From: a candidate division Kazan bacterium RIFCSPHIGHO2_01_FULL_44_14
GTDB taxonomy: Bacteria > Patescibacteriota > Kazan-3B-28
NCBI GenBank assembly: GCA_001771185.1
Contig: METB01000001.1
Span: 375,200 to 439,199 of the forward strand
DNA length: 64,000 bases
Reading direction: 5' to 3'
The notes below the pieces were generated by a model. The model did not search any database and was not told where the DNA came from. It saw only the letters and a program-made list of their open reading frames with translations. The translations under genes and the position numbers were made by a program. Positions 29,844 through 38,556 of this stretch are shown here, piece after piece; position 1 is the first letter of the stretch; every line of letters begins with the position of its first letter.

Positions 29844-30590
29844 TTAGAAGTAGAGAACCGCTAGGCAGCCGCGCAAAAAGGGAGCCAGTTGAACCTTTAA
29901 ATCAGTATCATTCTGTCGTAGTTCAAGTTTCGCATCGCCGGATTGGAAAGTAAGACGCAGAGGATTTTCGGTAACCACTTTGCGGGTGAGTTTCAAGCCG
30001 TTGCCCCTCGCTTCCGGGTCGCGACCGGATATTCTTTCGGTGAAAGCGAGCCAAAGGGCGTCTTGGTGGGTTTGGAGATTAGGACGGACGCGCTGGAGGG
30101 TATGTAACACGCCTACGCCACGATCGGCCATCACTAAGTATCTATCGAAGATGCTGTAGTAGAAATAAATCCCGGGCAGGTCAGGCCAATTACCAATATT
30201 GTGGTCAAATGAATTGTTGCCAATCTCACCAGCAACAATAGTGATTAAGGGAGTTAAATAGCGTAACGTTGGCACTTTGGTTAGTTCGTAGGCCATTCGT
30301 TCTATGCGGGCAGAAAATACATCACGGGTGGCGCAGTACTGGTCTGGTGAGGGCACGATCCGATTCTCTGGCACGGTCGCCCAGTGGAGCGCGGAGTTCA
30401 CCAGGGGCGCAGTTCTTTTTAGGCGTTTGGCATAAATAGTGGCCTCGATATCTTCGGCAAGATAGTAGCGGTGCCCCGTGGCAGAGGCGCGATGGGACTT
30501 GAGTGCTCCGCTACTGTCCCAGCGTCTTAGGGTGTCCATCGAAACCCCGAGCCGTTTGGCCGCCTCGCCTATGTAGAGATGTTTAGTCAT
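29844..30590 (-). CDS. MerR-type HTH fused to a GHKL/anti-sigma-kinase-like ATPase domain
   Basis: IGEAAKRLGVSMDTLRRWD HTH; EIGNNSFDH (N box), DRGVGV (G1) and RGNGL (G2). Confidence 0.8.
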   Translation of the reverse strand: MTKHLYIGEAAKRLGVSMDTLRRWDSSGALKSHRASATGHRYYLAEDIEATIYAKRLKRTAPLVNSALHWATVPENRIVPSPDQYCATRDVFSARIERMAYELTKVPTLRYLTPLITIVAGEIGNNSFDHNIGNWPDLPGIYFYYSIFDRYLVMADRGVGVLHTLQRVRPNLQTHQDALWLAFTERISGRDPEARGNGLKLTRKVVTENPLRLTFQSGDAKLELRQNDTDLKVQLAPFLRGCLAVLYF

Positions 30591-30661
30591 ACCTGTAATC
30601 TATGTATTTTACGACCTAATTATATCAAAATGCATAGATTGCGTCAATGGGCGAGTTGGGG

Positions 30662-32848
30662 CTAGGCAGGTTTGGTTTCGCCCCAGTTTACACCAGCTTC
30701 GGCATCGACATGGATGGGGACATCGAGCTGATAAACATTTTCCATTTTGTCCTTTACGAGTTTGGCGACCTTTTTGATGTCTTTGGTCGGGACTTCCAGC
30801 ACTAGTTCGTCGTGGACTTGGAGAAGCATTCGAGAACCTGGACTTGCTTTCGGCAGGGCTTTGGCGAGTTCAATCATGGCGACTTTCAGTAAGTCAGCGG
30901 CGGTGCCTTGGACGGGCATATTGATAGCGGCGCGGATGGAAGCGTTGCGGACGGCGGGGACTTGGGATTTAATTTCTGGGATGTAGCGACGACGGCCAAA
31001 CAAAGTTTCAACATAGCCATGCTGTTTAGCGAAGGCGGCGGTGTCGTCCATATATTGTTTGATTTCCGGATGAAGTTCGAAGTATTTATGAATATAGTTG
31101 GTGGCCTGGTGGATGGTCATATTAGTTCGAGCGGCCAGGCCGTAAGGGGAGACGCCGTAGATGATGCCGAAGTTAATCACCTTGGCATTTCGGCGCATGT
31201 CTTTGGTGACATCTTTAATTTTGACGCCGTTGACTTCAGCGGCGACGGTAGTGTGGATGTCCTCACCTTTATTGAAAGTCCGAATCATTCGCTTGTCGTG
31301 AGCGAGGGAGGCAATAACCCGCAGTTCGATTTGAGAATAATCAGCAGAGATTAACCGGAAACTCTTGGGGGCAATAAAGGCCTTGCGGATTTCGGCGCCC
31401 AAGTCAGAACGGATGGGAATGTTTTGAAGGTTGGGGTCTTTGGATGAAAGCCGTCCAGTGGAAGTGTCTTGGGCGTAAGTGGTGTGGACGCGGTTGTTTT
31501 TGTCGACTAGTTTAGGCAGGGTTTCGAGGTAGGTGTTCTTGAGTTTGGTGAGCTGACGATATTCTAAAATATGTTTGATAACAGGATGAGCGCGGTAGAT
31601 TTTTTCAAGTTCCGATACCCCGGTGGAATAGCCGGTCTTGCCAGTCAGTCGACGGCCAGGAGTTTTGGCGATATCTAAAGTTGGGAGTCCAAGGTCTTTG
31701 AATAAAAAAGTTGCCAGTTGAGCAGGGGAACTGATGTTAAATGGCTGGTCGGCGTATTTGTGGATATTCTTCTCGAGTTTTTCAATGCGAATGGAGATTT
31801 GGTCGTTTAGTTTTTTGAGCAGTTTAATGTCCAGCAAAATACCCGCTCGTTCCATTTTGCGGAGGATGGGGTCAAGTTGTTGGTCGAGGTCTTTCACGGT
31901 TTTTTTCTGGGGCCCTTTAGACCGACGGGCCTTATCAAAAAAAGATGCTTGTTTCCCAGCCGGTGGGGTTGTGAGGGTCCCGTTGGGAATTTTTTCATAG
32001 AGGGTCTTGAAGCCCATCCGCCGGAAGAATTCGGCAACTCGGAATTTATCGAAAGCGATGGCCTCGGCTTTGGCTAAATCAAGCTTGATAGGGATGGCGG
32101 TATGAATAGTGGCCAACCCCTGACTTTTGATGGCGTCCGGTTTACTCTTTTTTAATTTATCGGCGATGGTGGGAGAAATCTTCTCCAAGTTTTCATAGAT
32201 GGTTTCGATAGTCCCAAATTCTTGTAGAAGTTTGAGGGCAGTGACTTCACCAATGCCAGCCACCCCGGGGATGTTGTCAGAGGGGTCACCGCGGAGTCCT
32301 TTAAAATCGATAACTTGGTCGGGGCGGATGCCTTTGGTTTTTAAAACTTCTTCGGGGGTGTAGATGACGATATCGGAAAAACCTTTGCGCGGGGCATATA
32401 CAAAAATATGGTCGTTTACTAGTTGGAGGGCGTCCATATCACCGGTGGCAATGTAGGTATCGAGGGTGGCCGGGGCTTGCTTGGCCAATGTTCCAATAAT
32501 GTCATCCGCTTCAAAACCGTCTTTCAAAAAGACCGGGACATTGAAACTTTCGAGCAAGGCCTGAACTTCGGGGATTTGGTCGTAGAGTTCCTGGGGAGCT
32601 TTAATGCGAGTGGCCTTGTACTCAACATATTCTTTGTGGCGGAAAGTCGGGGCATTGGTATCAAAAGCCACTGCGATATAGTCGGGCTTGAGGCGGGTGT
32701 AAATGTTGATTAACATCACGGCAAAACCATAAATTGCCGTGGTGGGAGCGCCTGATGGGGAGGTGAGATTGGCACGTGAAAAAGCGTGGAAGGCACGGTG
32801 GACCAGGGCGTTGCCATCAATAAGGACTAGTTTTTTTCTAATAGTCAT
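30662..32848 (-). CDS. polA: DNA polymerase I lacking the 3'-5' exonuclease domain
   Basis: 5'-3' exo motifs (LIDGNA, EADD, GDPSDNIPGV) joined by a short linker to polymerase motifs (TGRLSS.DPNLQNIP, ADYSQIELR, QVHDEL). Confidence 0.96.
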   Translation of the reverse strand: MTIRKKLVLIDGNALVHRAFHAFSRANLTSPSGAPTTAIYGFAVMLINIYTRLKPDYIAVAFDTNAPTFRHKEYVEYKATRIKAPQELYDQIPEVQALLESFNVPVFLKDGFEADDIIGTLAKQAPATLDTYIATGDMDALQLVNDHIFVYAPRKGFSDIVIYTPEEVLKTKGIRPDQVIDFKGLRGDPSDNIPGVAGIGEVTALKLLQEFGTIETIYENLEKISPTIADKLKKSKPDAIKSQGLATIHTAIPIKLDLAKAEAIAFDKFRVAEFFRRMGFKTLYEKIPNGTLTTPPAGKQASFFDKARRSKGPQKKTVKDLDQQLDPILRKMERAGILLDIKLLKKLNDQISIRIEKLEKNIHKYADQPFNISSPAQLATFLFKDLGLPTLDIAKTPGRRLTGKTGYSTGVSELEKIYRAHPVIKHILEYRQLTKLKNTYLETLPKLVDKNNRVHTTYAQDTSTGRLSSKDPNLQNIPIRSDLGAEIRKAFIAPKSFRLISADYSQIELRVIASLAHDKRMIRTFNKGEDIHTTVAAEVNGVKIKDVTKDMRRNAKVINFGIIYGVSPYGLAARTNMTIHQATNYIHKYFELHPEIKQYMDDTAAFAKQHGYVETLFGRRRYIPEIKSQVPAVRNASIRAAINMPVQGTAADLLKVAMIELAKALPKASPGSRMLLQVHDELVLEVPTKDIKKVAKLVKDKMENVYQLDVPIHVDAEAGVNWGETKPA

Positions 32849-32875
32849 ATGTATATATTATACCTGACCATCCTG

Positions 32876-32956
32876 GTCGTCCCCGCGTAGGCGGGGACCC
32901 AGACAGAAAAAGATTTTTAATTTTCTTTTCTGGGTTCCCGTTTCCACGGGAACGAC
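32876..32956. repeat. Inverted REP doublet (REPIN-like)
   Basis: GTCGTCCCCGCGTAGGCGGGGACCCAGA ... TCTGGGTTCCCGTTTCCACGGGAACGAC. Confidence 0.72.
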
Positions 32957-33004
32957 GGAGAAGATCAGGTAAGAAAAAGGCCTCCAGAGAGGAGGCCTGA
33001 AAAA

Positions 33005-33460
33005 TCAACCAGAAGCCGAAAAGGTGTTGGTGGGAGGAGGGAGAGTAAGTGTACCAAGAGAAGGATAAAACCGATCGGCGAAAAGATTAGATTTTCGGTT
33101 CTCGATGTTGTAGAACCGATCGAGCACCGCAGTGAACAGGTTGAGGGTGAAGTACTTTTGGAAAGCCGGTAGGACTGAAAGGATTTCTGGCGGTGGGTCC
33201 TGAAGCGGGTTGGCAGTGATCTCGCCGTCGAACCACATGAAGGCAACGACGATGGCAATTTGTGGAATGGTATTGCATTCCCGAGATTGGCGGACGAGGT
33301 CGATTAATTCGTCGTGCCCGCAAGCACTTCCAAACTCGTCCAGCAGTAAAAACTCGGTTCCCGTTAGAACCCGGCGAACTCGCTGGTCGTTGGCGACTTT
33401 TATGAAATCGATTTGGGCAGAGGACAAACATTTTTTCCAAACCGATTCTTTTTTGCCCAT
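33005..33460 (-). CDS. Accessory hypothetical protein
   Basis: 151-aa ORF with AGGAGG SD, TATACT -10-like site and downstream hairpin terminator (32974-32998). Confidence 0.65.
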   Translation of the reverse strand: MGKKESVWKKCLSSAQIDFIKVANDQRVRRVLTGTEFLLLDEFGSACGHDELIDLVRQSRECNTIPQIAIVVAFMWFDGEITANPLQDPPPEILSVLPAFQKYFTLNLFTAVLDRFYNIENRKSNLFADRFYPSLGTLTLPPPTNTFSASG

Positions 33461-33643
33461 GGGTCATCCTCCTAAAAGTAAAGTACAAATCGGACATATC
33501 AGTATAGCATAAGCAAAAGGCCTCCTCTTGGAGACCTTATCCTCTCAATCTTAATAGGGAGGGAGAGTAGCGAGCTTGGCCTTTGGGCCGGGCTTCGCCC
33601 GTGAGCGTCGAGAGGGAACCCACTGGGTCCCTCTCGAGACAAA

Positions 33644-34510
33644 TTACCGAATTTGGTAGGTCAGGTTGACAGTGACTTTAATGCTGAAGTTGCCTGGTTC
33701 TGGAGTGGGGGCAACTACTTTTTCTCCACCACCCATACCGTCGTAAAGTGGGATTGGATTGTCATTGTATTCGTTGACCGACATCAGCCGACCAATTCTA
33801 AAACCGCCGTCTTCGGCCATTTGCTTGGCCTTGTCTTTGGCCTTGCTCATCGCCTCTTTTCTGGCTTCCGCTAGTTTGCTGTCGGGATTTTCTAAAGTAA
33901 AGACAACTTGCCCAACCTCGTTAGCACCGGCTTTGGTGGCAGCGGCGACTACATCGGTAGTGATATTGAGGTCGCGGATTGTAATTTGATAAGAGTGTTG
34001 GGCGCGGTATCCTGTAACAGTCGAAGTCCCATTGGAACGATAGGACTGTTCGGGGTAGAGGTTGTAGTTGGTGGTCTTAATGTCTTTGTCTTCAATCCCG
34101 AGGGTGGTGAGAGTATCTTTGATTTTTTGAGAAATGTCTGTAACTTGTTTTTCAACATTGGCCACGGTGTTGGCCAACTTGTTGACCCCAACAGTAACCT
34201 TGGCGATGTCGGGAGTGGCATAAACGGTAGCGTCAGCAGAGACATTCAATCCCTCGGGTTGGGTGGGATTGCTGACGCGGTTGCCAAACATATTGATGGC
34301 TCCGATAACTACACCAACGATGACCACTAAAGTTACTAAATCGACAAGTCGTTTGACGAGGTAGTTATTAGTAGGTGGCTTCGGGGTCGGTTGGGTAAAA
34401 ACAGGCGGTGGAGTTGTAGGGGTCGAAGGTGTCGGTGAAGTTGGTGATTGGTTGAAGTTGATTGGGCCAGAGGGCTCAATCGGATTTAGATTAGCGTCGA
34501 ATTCTACCAT
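33644..34510 (-). CDS. SIMPL (DUF541) domain protein with N-terminal TM
   Basis: PDIAKVTVGV, DIKTTNYNLYP and EARKEAM.KAK.KA motifs. Confidence 0.88.
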   Translation of the reverse strand: MVEFDANLNPIEPSGPINFNQSPTSPTPSTPTTPPPVFTQPTPKPPTNNYLVKRLVDLVTLVVIVGVVIGAINMFGNRVSNPTQPEGLNVSADATVYATPDIAKVTVGVNKLANTVANVEKQVTDISQKIKDTLTTLGIEDKDIKTTNYNLYPEQSYRSNGTSTVTGYRAQHSYQITIRDLNITTDVVAAATKAGANEVGQVVFTLENPDSKLAEARKEAMSKAKDKAKQMAEDGGFRIGRLMSVNEYNDNPIPLYDGMGGGEKVVAPTPEPGNFSIKVTVNLTYQIR

Positions 34511-34526
34511 AGGGCTCCTTTCTTGC

Positions 34527-34630
34527 TGTCATTCTGAACGTAGTGAAGAATCTAGTGATAGCGTTCTGCCACACAGCAGAACTAGATCCTTCGACTCTTC
34601 TGCTGTACAGCAGAATCGCTCAGGATGACA
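34527..34630. repeat. REPIN-like element downstream of murE
   Basis: TGTCATTCTGAA...GAAGAATCTAG...CTAGATCCTTCG...GCTCAGGATGACA; near reverse complement of 35984-36079. Confidence 0.8.
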
Positions 34631-34648
34631 TATTATGATATTAACGGT

Positions 34649-35974
34649 TCATTGTAGCAAACTTTTAATATACTCGCGCTCGTCGTAGGGGATGAGACCG
34701 GTTCGGGTGGCCATCATGGTTTGAGCGCCAAGCGCCAGGAACAAGACGGTGTCGTCGGGTTGGGCTTGTTCAAGCGCAAACCGGACGGCAGCTTTCCGAT
34801 CAACGATGATATAGAGGTTTTCATCTTCGTGAAACTTTTCCGGGGGAATCCCAGGGCGGATTTGATTGATAATGTCCATCGGGTCTTCGTTTCCGGGATC
34901 TTCTTCAGTCAGGATAATTGTGTCAGCAAAGTTGCTGGCAATTTTGCCAAGGACTGGACGTTTAGTTTTATCTCGATCGCCGGCTGACCCGAATACGGCG
35001 ATTAGTTTTTTGGGTGAAAACTCACGGACGGCCGAAAAGACCTTTTCAAAACCGTCTGGGGTGTGGGCATAGTCACAAATCACGGTGAATGGTTGGCCGA
35101 CCTTAATTCGGTCCATCCGGCCAGGGACGCTAGTGACACTCTCAAGCCCTTGTTTGATAATGGGGGTTGGTACTCCCAGAGCAAAGGCGGCGGAAGCGGC
35201 CGCCAAGGCGTTTTGGATATTGAATGTCCCGGGCAAGTGTAGCCGAACCGGGAGAGTTCCGGTTGGAGTCCGCATCTCAAACGAACTACCAGTCGGAGAG
35301 AGTTGAATAGCAGTGGCGGAAAGGGAGCTCTCGCGGGTCTCTAATGGTAGTTCTCTTTCAATGGTGTAATAAAAAGTATGGTCGGAAGGATACTTGGCGA
35401 GATAAGAAGAGGTCGGGTCGTCAAAATTTAACACCATAATTTTCGGGACGCCAGATTGGCGGGGTGAGGCGTATAGTTCGCGAAACAACTTGGCTTTGGC
35501 GTCGCGATACTCTTCAAAGGTTCGGTGATAGTCGAAGTGGTCTTGGGTGAGATTAGTGAAGACGGCTACATCATAGAAAATTCCCCAAGTTCGATGTTGG
35601 TTTAAAGCGTGAGACGAGGTTTCGATTACGGCGTATTTACATTTGGCGTTTACCATCCGGCGAAGCAATTTTTGGAGAGCGAAGGGGGACAGGGTGGTCA
35701 TTTTACTTTCGTTAACCCAACGCTTGTCACCAATCCAGAAGTTGACTGTCGTAGCGAGTCCGACTTTGGCCCCGCTGACGGCTAAAATATTGGCTAACAT
35801 GTTGCAGGTAGTAGTTTTCCCGTTGGTCCCGGTTACTCCAATTACGATTAGTTTTTGAGAGGGGAAGCCGCTTAGAGTTGAAGCCAAAACTCCTCTACCT
35901 TTGTGGTAGGTGTTGTAGAGAAAAGTGTCGGGGGCGAAGGCCCGGCCAAGAATTTTTTTGAGGAGATATTTCAT
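34649..35974 (-). CDS. murE: UDP-MurNAc-tripeptide synthetase (MurE-like Mur ligase)
   Basis: GVTGTNGKTTT, ETSSHAL, FTNLTQDH.DYH and DYAHTPD motifs; start ATG 35974. Confidence 0.9.
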   Translation of the reverse strand: MKYLLKKILGRAFAPDTFLYNTYHKGRGVLASTLSGFPSQKLIVIGVTGTNGKTTTCNMLANILAVSGAKVGLATTVNFWIGDKRWVNESKMTTLSPFALQKLLRRMVNAKCKYAVIETSSHALNQHRTWGIFYDVAVFTNLTQDHFDYHRTFEEYRDAKAKLFRELYASPRQSGVPKIMVLNFDDPTSSYLAKYPSDHTFYYTIERELPLETRESSLSATAIQLSPTGSSFEMRTPTGTLPVRLHLPGTFNIQNALAAASAAFALGVPTPIIKQGLESVTSVPGRMDRIKVGQPFTVICDYAHTPDGFEKVFSAVREFSPKKLIAVFGSAGDRDKTKRPVLGKIASNFADTIILTEEDPGNEDPMDIINQIRPGIPPEKFHEDENLYIIVDRKAAVRFALEQAQPDDTVLFLALGAQTMMATRTGLIPYDEREYIKSLLQ

Positions 35975-35983
35975 GGTTTGTTT

Positions 35984-36079
35984 TGTCATCCTGAGCGGAA
36001 ACGAAGGATCTAGTTCTGCTGTACAGCAGAACGCTATCGCTAGATTCTTCATCCCGGCAGGCCGGGATTCAGAATGACG
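35984..36079. repeat. REPIN-like element upstream of murE
   Basis: TGTCATCCTGAGCG...GAAGGATCTAG...CTAGATTCTTCA...TTCAGAATGACG. Confidence 0.8.
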
Positions 36080-36088
36080 GGAAAATTA

Positions 36089-37138
36089 TCATCGGAAGCG
36101 ACTGATGAACGAATAGATTCGATAAAGAGAGCGATTCAGGGGCAACTCGAGCGTACCTATATATTCTACTGCTTGTCCGCCAAAGCCCTGCTTGAATCGG
36201 GTGATGCCAGCCCAAGGATGGTCGGGGTCGGGATGAATCCCACCGAGGTCATAAAATCGCATCCCTCGGCGCTTGGCCATGGTCATTCCAAACCAATGTA
36301 GCAGGTAAGGGGCCATCAGATTTTTATAGGTATCGCTGGAGGCCCCATGGACATAGGTGGTAGTATCGCCGAAGGTGACCAAAAAGATACTACCGAGAGG
36401 TGTATCGTTAATAATTTTTTCGTCGACATCAACCAACTTCTCGGCAAACAGTAGATTCCCCATCCCGGCTTGGTGGAGGGTGTGGATTTGAGTGATGTAG
36501 TAATTGGTTGAGTGGGGAATAAAGCCCTGGCGGCGACCGGTCTGGGTGGCTAGTCGAGCGAATTCTTTAATGTCTTCTTCACCAGTGCCGGACTTGATTA
36601 AAACTTCGTGTTTAGTCGCTACGTTAATGTTGTAGCGGGTTTTGGGTTTCATCTGTTGACGCAAAACTTCATCGCTAGTGTCTAATTTTACCAGCTGAAT
36701 GTGGCGGGGCTGGATGTTTTTATAAGGATTCGGGATAAAATTATTTGAGCGGTAAAAGGACAAGGTTAGAGCATCGTGAGCGAAAGCGTTGGGATCGATT
36801 CGAAACAGAATGGTTCGGTTGGTATGGCCCAACCGATTAATTTCTTGCAGTAAGAGCTTAGCGCTCTCTTGTTGGAGTTGAGCTGAAAGCCGTTTATTTA
36901 CGATGCTACCCCGCGGGGAATAGAGGATATACCAACCAAATCCGAGTGATAGTCGGATTACTAGCAGCTGATTGACGATTTCCCCGTCGTGTTCAACGGC
37001 TAACCGCCAGATAGGGTTGCCGAGCTTGAGCTGGAATTCACCCCAGGCCCAACTTTGCAGAAAATGCCGATCGGGTCGGGTGAGTAGGGCAGAGTCCCAA
37101 ATCTCTTGAGCCAGGGCTGACGGGGGAAGTAGTTTCAT
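36089..37138 (-). CDS. FemAB/FemX-family lipid II aminoacyltransferase
   Basis: HFLQSWAWGEFQ, MKPKTRYNI, YDLGG and GITRFKQGFGG motifs. Confidence 0.92.
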   Translation of the reverse strand: MKLLPPSALAQEIWDSALLTRPDRHFLQSWAWGEFQLKLGNPIWRLAVEHDGEIVNQLLVIRLSLGFGWYILYSPRGSIVNKRLSAQLQQESAKLLLQEINRLGHTNRTILFRIDPNAFAHDALTLSFYRSNNFIPNPYKNIQPRHIQLVKLDTSDEVLRQQMKPKTRYNINVATKHEVLIKSGTGEEDIKEFARLATQTGRRQGFIPHSTNYYITQIHTLHQAGMGNLLFAEKLVDVDEKIINDTPLGSIFLVTFGDTTTYVHGASSDTYKNLMAPYLLHWFGMTMAKRRGMRFYDLGGIHPDPDHPWAGITRFKQGFGGQAVEYIGTLELPLNRSLYRIYSFISRFR

Positions 37139-37204
37139 ACATGCTTATTATAGCAGAAAAGTGGCTTCTGGACTGCTATTCTTATGGTATAATTGGGACG
37201 CGGT

Positions 37205-37481
37205 CCCGTTAGAGACCAGATAGTATGTACTATGTCTATATATCGCGTAGTAGTAAGTCGGGCCGGTTGTATACTGGGTTTACTTCCAATCTACGGAAAC
37301 GCCCGATAGTGCATAGTAGTAATATGGGTGGTTACACTTCTGGCCGTGGGCCTTATCGTTTGGTTTACTACGAGGCGTGTAACAACATTGAGGACGCTTT
37401 GGCGCGTGAGTTGTATTTAAAGTCAGGTATGGGTAAGAGATATATAAAAAATCGTATTCGGCGTTTCCTGTCTCTAACGGG
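37205..37481 (+). mobile_element. CCCGTTAG-family element carrying a GIY-YIG nuclease, inserted between a TGGTATAAT promoter and the tsaD ATG
   Basis: Perfect TIR CCCGTTAGAGAC (37205-37216) / GTCTCTAACGGG (37470-37481), followed directly by ATG. Confidence 0.8.
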
Positions 37482-37485
37482 ATGA
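37225..37485 (+). CDS. Small GIY-YIG nuclease
   Basis: YYVYI...LYTG.T.NL.KR...H...LVYYE...A.ARE..LK; the stop overlaps the tsaD start. Confidence 0.88.
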   Translation: MYYVYISRSSKSGRLYTGFTSNLRKRPIVHSSNMGGYTSGRGPYRLVYYEACNNIEDALARELYLKSGMGKRYIKNRIRRFLSLTG

Positions 37486-38519
37486 AGATTTTAGCAATTG
37501 AGACATCCTGTGACGATACTGGGGTGGCCATTGTAGAAAATGGTCATCGGGTTTTAGTGAACCTAGTCGCTTCTCAAGAGAAATTACATGCGACTTTTGG
37601 CGGGGTGGTGCCCGAGGTAGCTTCGAGAGAGCACCTTAAGGCGGTTTTCCCGTTGATTGATTTGGCGTTGCAAAAAGCCAAATCAACTCCAAAGAAGATT
37701 GATGCGATTGCCGTGACAGTAGGCCCCGGGCTGTTGGGGTCGTTATTGGTAGGAGTAAATGCCGCCAAAGTTTTAGGTTATTTGTGGGGGAAACCGGTCG
37801 TTCCAGTCAATCATCTAATGGGACATATTTATGCCGGGTTTATTAATCGGCCCAAAGTGGGATTACCGGTATTGGCTTTGGTGGTTAGTGGCGGTCATAG
37901 TGAATTGGTGCTGATAAAGAAACAGGGTGAGTATAAATATTTGGGCGGGACGCGAGACGACGCGGCGGGAGAAGCGTTTGATAAAGTTGCGCGATTATTA
38001 GGGTTAGGATATCCGGGAGGACCAGCAGTAGCCGCAGAGGCGGCTAAATTACAAATTACAAATGACAAATTACAAATGTTGAGGAGAAGAGGGATTGTTT
38101 TGCCGAGGCCGATGTTGGGAGAAGATAATTTGGATTTTAGTTTTTCAGGATTAAAGACGGCAGTAGCCATCGTAGTAGCGAATTCCAAATTACATCCGCC
38201 AGCTGGCGGACCAAATGACAACCAGGTTAGAGCGGAGATCGCTCACGAATTCCAGTCGGCGGTAGTGGATGTCTTGGTGGGCAAATTATTCCGAGCGGTC
38301 ATTCAATATCAGCCCAAAACAATTGTGTTGGGAGGCGGGGTAGTGGCTAATCGCGAACTACGCAAACGAGTGGAGGAGTTGGCCGGAAAACATAATTGGC
38401 GGTTAGCAATTCCGGACTTTCAATACTGTACGGATAATGCGGCAATGGTCGGAGCGGCGGCATGGCATATTGGGATAAGTAAAAATTCGCAGTGGTACAA
38501 TGTTAATGTGATAAGTTAG
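37482..38519 (+). CDS. tsaD: tRNA N6-threonylcarbamoyltransferase TsaD
   Basis: ILAIETSCDDT, GGVVPEVASREH, VSGGHS, DDAAGEAFDK and CTDNAAM motifs. Confidence 0.97.
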   Translation: MKILAIETSCDDTGVAIVENGHRVLVNLVASQEKLHATFGGVVPEVASREHLKAVFPLIDLALQKAKSTPKKIDAIAVTVGPGLLGSLLVGVNAAKVLGYLWGKPVVPVNHLMGHIYAGFINRPKVGLPVLALVVSGGHSELVLIKKQGEYKYLGGTRDDAAGEAFDKVARLLGLGYPGGPAVAAEAAKLQITNDKLQMLRRRGIVLPRPMLGEDNLDFSFSGLKTAVAIVVANSKLHPPAGGPNDNQVRAEIAHEFQSAVVDVLVGKLFRAVIQYQPKTIVLGGGVVANRELRKRVEELAGKHNWRLAIPDFQYCTDNAAMVGAAAWHIGISKNSQWYNVNVIS

Positions 38520-38556
38520 GTGGGCATAGGATATATTTTCTAAATTCTTCTACGGG

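Noticed and set aside
30662-32848. Short PolA as a pseudogene
   Set aside because: The ORF is intact with all polymerase motifs; loss of the proofreading domain is a clean deletion.
36074-36301. ORFs starting within REP elements, including the extended murE and GIY-YIG N-termini in the ORF track
   Set aside because: The extensions are translations of palindromic repeats; better downstream starts exist.
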